Of a stretch of DNA of 9,474 nt, positions 8,448 to 9,474 are shown piece by piece. The notes beneath the pieces were generated by a model. The model ran no database searches. It was not told where the DNA came from and was given only the letters and a program-made list of their open reading frames with translations. Both the position numbers and the translations under genes were made by a program. Position 1 is the first letter of the stretch. Each line of letters starts with the position of its first letter. Origin of the DNA: Paraspadella gotoi (taxonomy: Eukaryota > Animalia > Chaetognatha); assembly GCA_051294375.1 (NCBI GenBank), contig JBJCIZ010000565.1, positions 1-9,474 of the forward strand, given 5' to 3'.

Positions 8448-8791
8448 TCCAGAAAAAAACAGGCCCTCTCTTCTCTCTCTCTAAAAAAAAAATGTAGGAG
8501 GCCCACAAAATAAATTAACACATTCCTTCTCTCTATCTTTTCTTTCCCCCCCCAGAAAAAAAAAACGATGTTTCGTCTCCGCGTAGAAGTAACCAAAAAT
8601 GTAAACAAAACGTAAACAAAAGGAGAAAAATAAACAAACAAAAGGTGAAGAGATAAACGAGATTTCTTGGCAGAAAGGGACAAGGGGCTTGGGGTTTAGA
8701 GAAGGGGGATGATGGGTGTGAGGAAGGGAAATTAGGAAAAAAGAAAATAAAAAAGGCGGGCACTATTTTTTGAAAACGCCCCAATTTTTGG

Positions 8792-9057
8792 TTATTTAAT
8801 CTATTTAACATTACATTTAAACCAAAATTATTAATATTAATCTTTTACTAAATATTCAATCAAATTCTTAAATCCTAATCCTTTAACCCTAATATCCAAA
8901 ACCTATCTATAATCCATAATCAAAATCCTTAATATTATTCCCCTAAACTAAACCTATTCCTAACCATTTAATTTTTATGCAAATTCAAAACAAGTCCACT
9001 AACCATAACATAACCTTAATTCATTAACCTAACCCTTATTTCAAACTACTAACCTAG
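8792..9057 (+). repeat. G-depleted tract with degenerate telomere-like CCTAA/TAACC motifs
   Basis: No G from 8792 to 8978 (187 nt); G only at 8979, 8994, 9057. cctaa 8874, ccctaa 8887, ccctaaa 8941, cctaacc 8959, taacctaacc 9025-9034, taaccta 9050. Confidence 0.55.
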
Positions 9058-9105
9058 TTATTTTATAATAATTTTATAAATTTATAAAGTTAATTCTGAA
9101 AATAA

Positions 9106-9405
9106 GTTGACATAGGCGCTGTTTAAAAAAATATGGCTATATGGGGCATACAGTTTGGAAAAAAGAATAAGAAAGTATTTTTGAAAAAAGAGTGCGGGGT
9201 GTAGATTAAATGTGAGAGTAATAAAATGGATGTTGAAAATCTGAGCAAAATATCAAAAAAGGTAGAGATTCTGTGGAAAGGGGGGTTAGGCTTGTATAGG
9301 TTTCGTTGATTTTAGAGTGTGTTTTCTTTTATCTGTTTTAGAAGAGAACAGAACAAGCGGTGGAAGAATAGCTGTAATTTACGTACAGATTTCAGAACAA
9401 GGGTT
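9106..9405 (+). mobile_element. Possible decayed LINE apurinic/apyrimidinic-type endonuclease fragment
   Basis: Motif-like peptides in the expected order across frames: VDIGAV (9106-), KIWL, MGHTVWKKE*..KRVRGV (9141-9203; cf. GYxxxRKDR..GGGV), VEILWKGGLGLYR (9262-9300; cf. ExLW..GxxYR), RIAVI../DFRTRV (9388-9405; cf. GDFNARV). Spacings are compressed and key residues degenerate. Confidence 0.25.
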
Positions 9406-9474
9406 GTTTTCGTTTGTTAAGATACTCGTATGATGTCCATTTTTAATAACATTAAGGTCACGCCAGGGCACAAA

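Noticed and set aside
8601-8640. Forkhead-like GTAAACA/ATAAACA repeated three times
   Set aside because: Lies in an A-rich (AAAC)-like run where such matches are trivial.
8977-9058. Octamer ATGCAAAT (8977-8984) and Helitron-like CTAG-T end (9054-9058)
   Set aside because: Single short motifs; no GC-rich subterminal hairpin before the CTAG and no supporting context for the octamer.

Overview
AT-rich eukaryotic genomic DNA, probably arthropod/invertebrate (inferred from long (GA)n tracts, (GAC)n runs and degenerate TAACC motifs). It has two N blocks and many signs of an indel-rich, poorly polished assembly. No intact, recognisable gene, RNA gene or CRISPR array is present, and most listed ORFs are artefacts of N runs or low-complexity DNA. 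The best-supported structure is a ~48-bp (16-codon) tandem repeat at ~3460-4070 with alternating A/B units. It reads as an Asp/Lys/Asn-rich peptide (consensus DDDIKDKAGDKDNSQY) behind a plausible splice acceptor, probably a frameshift-damaged exon. More tentative calls: a decayed CCHC zinc-knuckle/restriction-like-endonuclease LINE fragment (~5960-6350), a CCAAT/palindrome cluster beside (GA)17 (~7600-7850), and a G-free telomere-like tract (8792-9057) followed by a possible decayed LINE AP-endonuclease fragment (~9106-9405). The protein-motif calls were made by eye, need assumed frameshifts, and must be checked by search.
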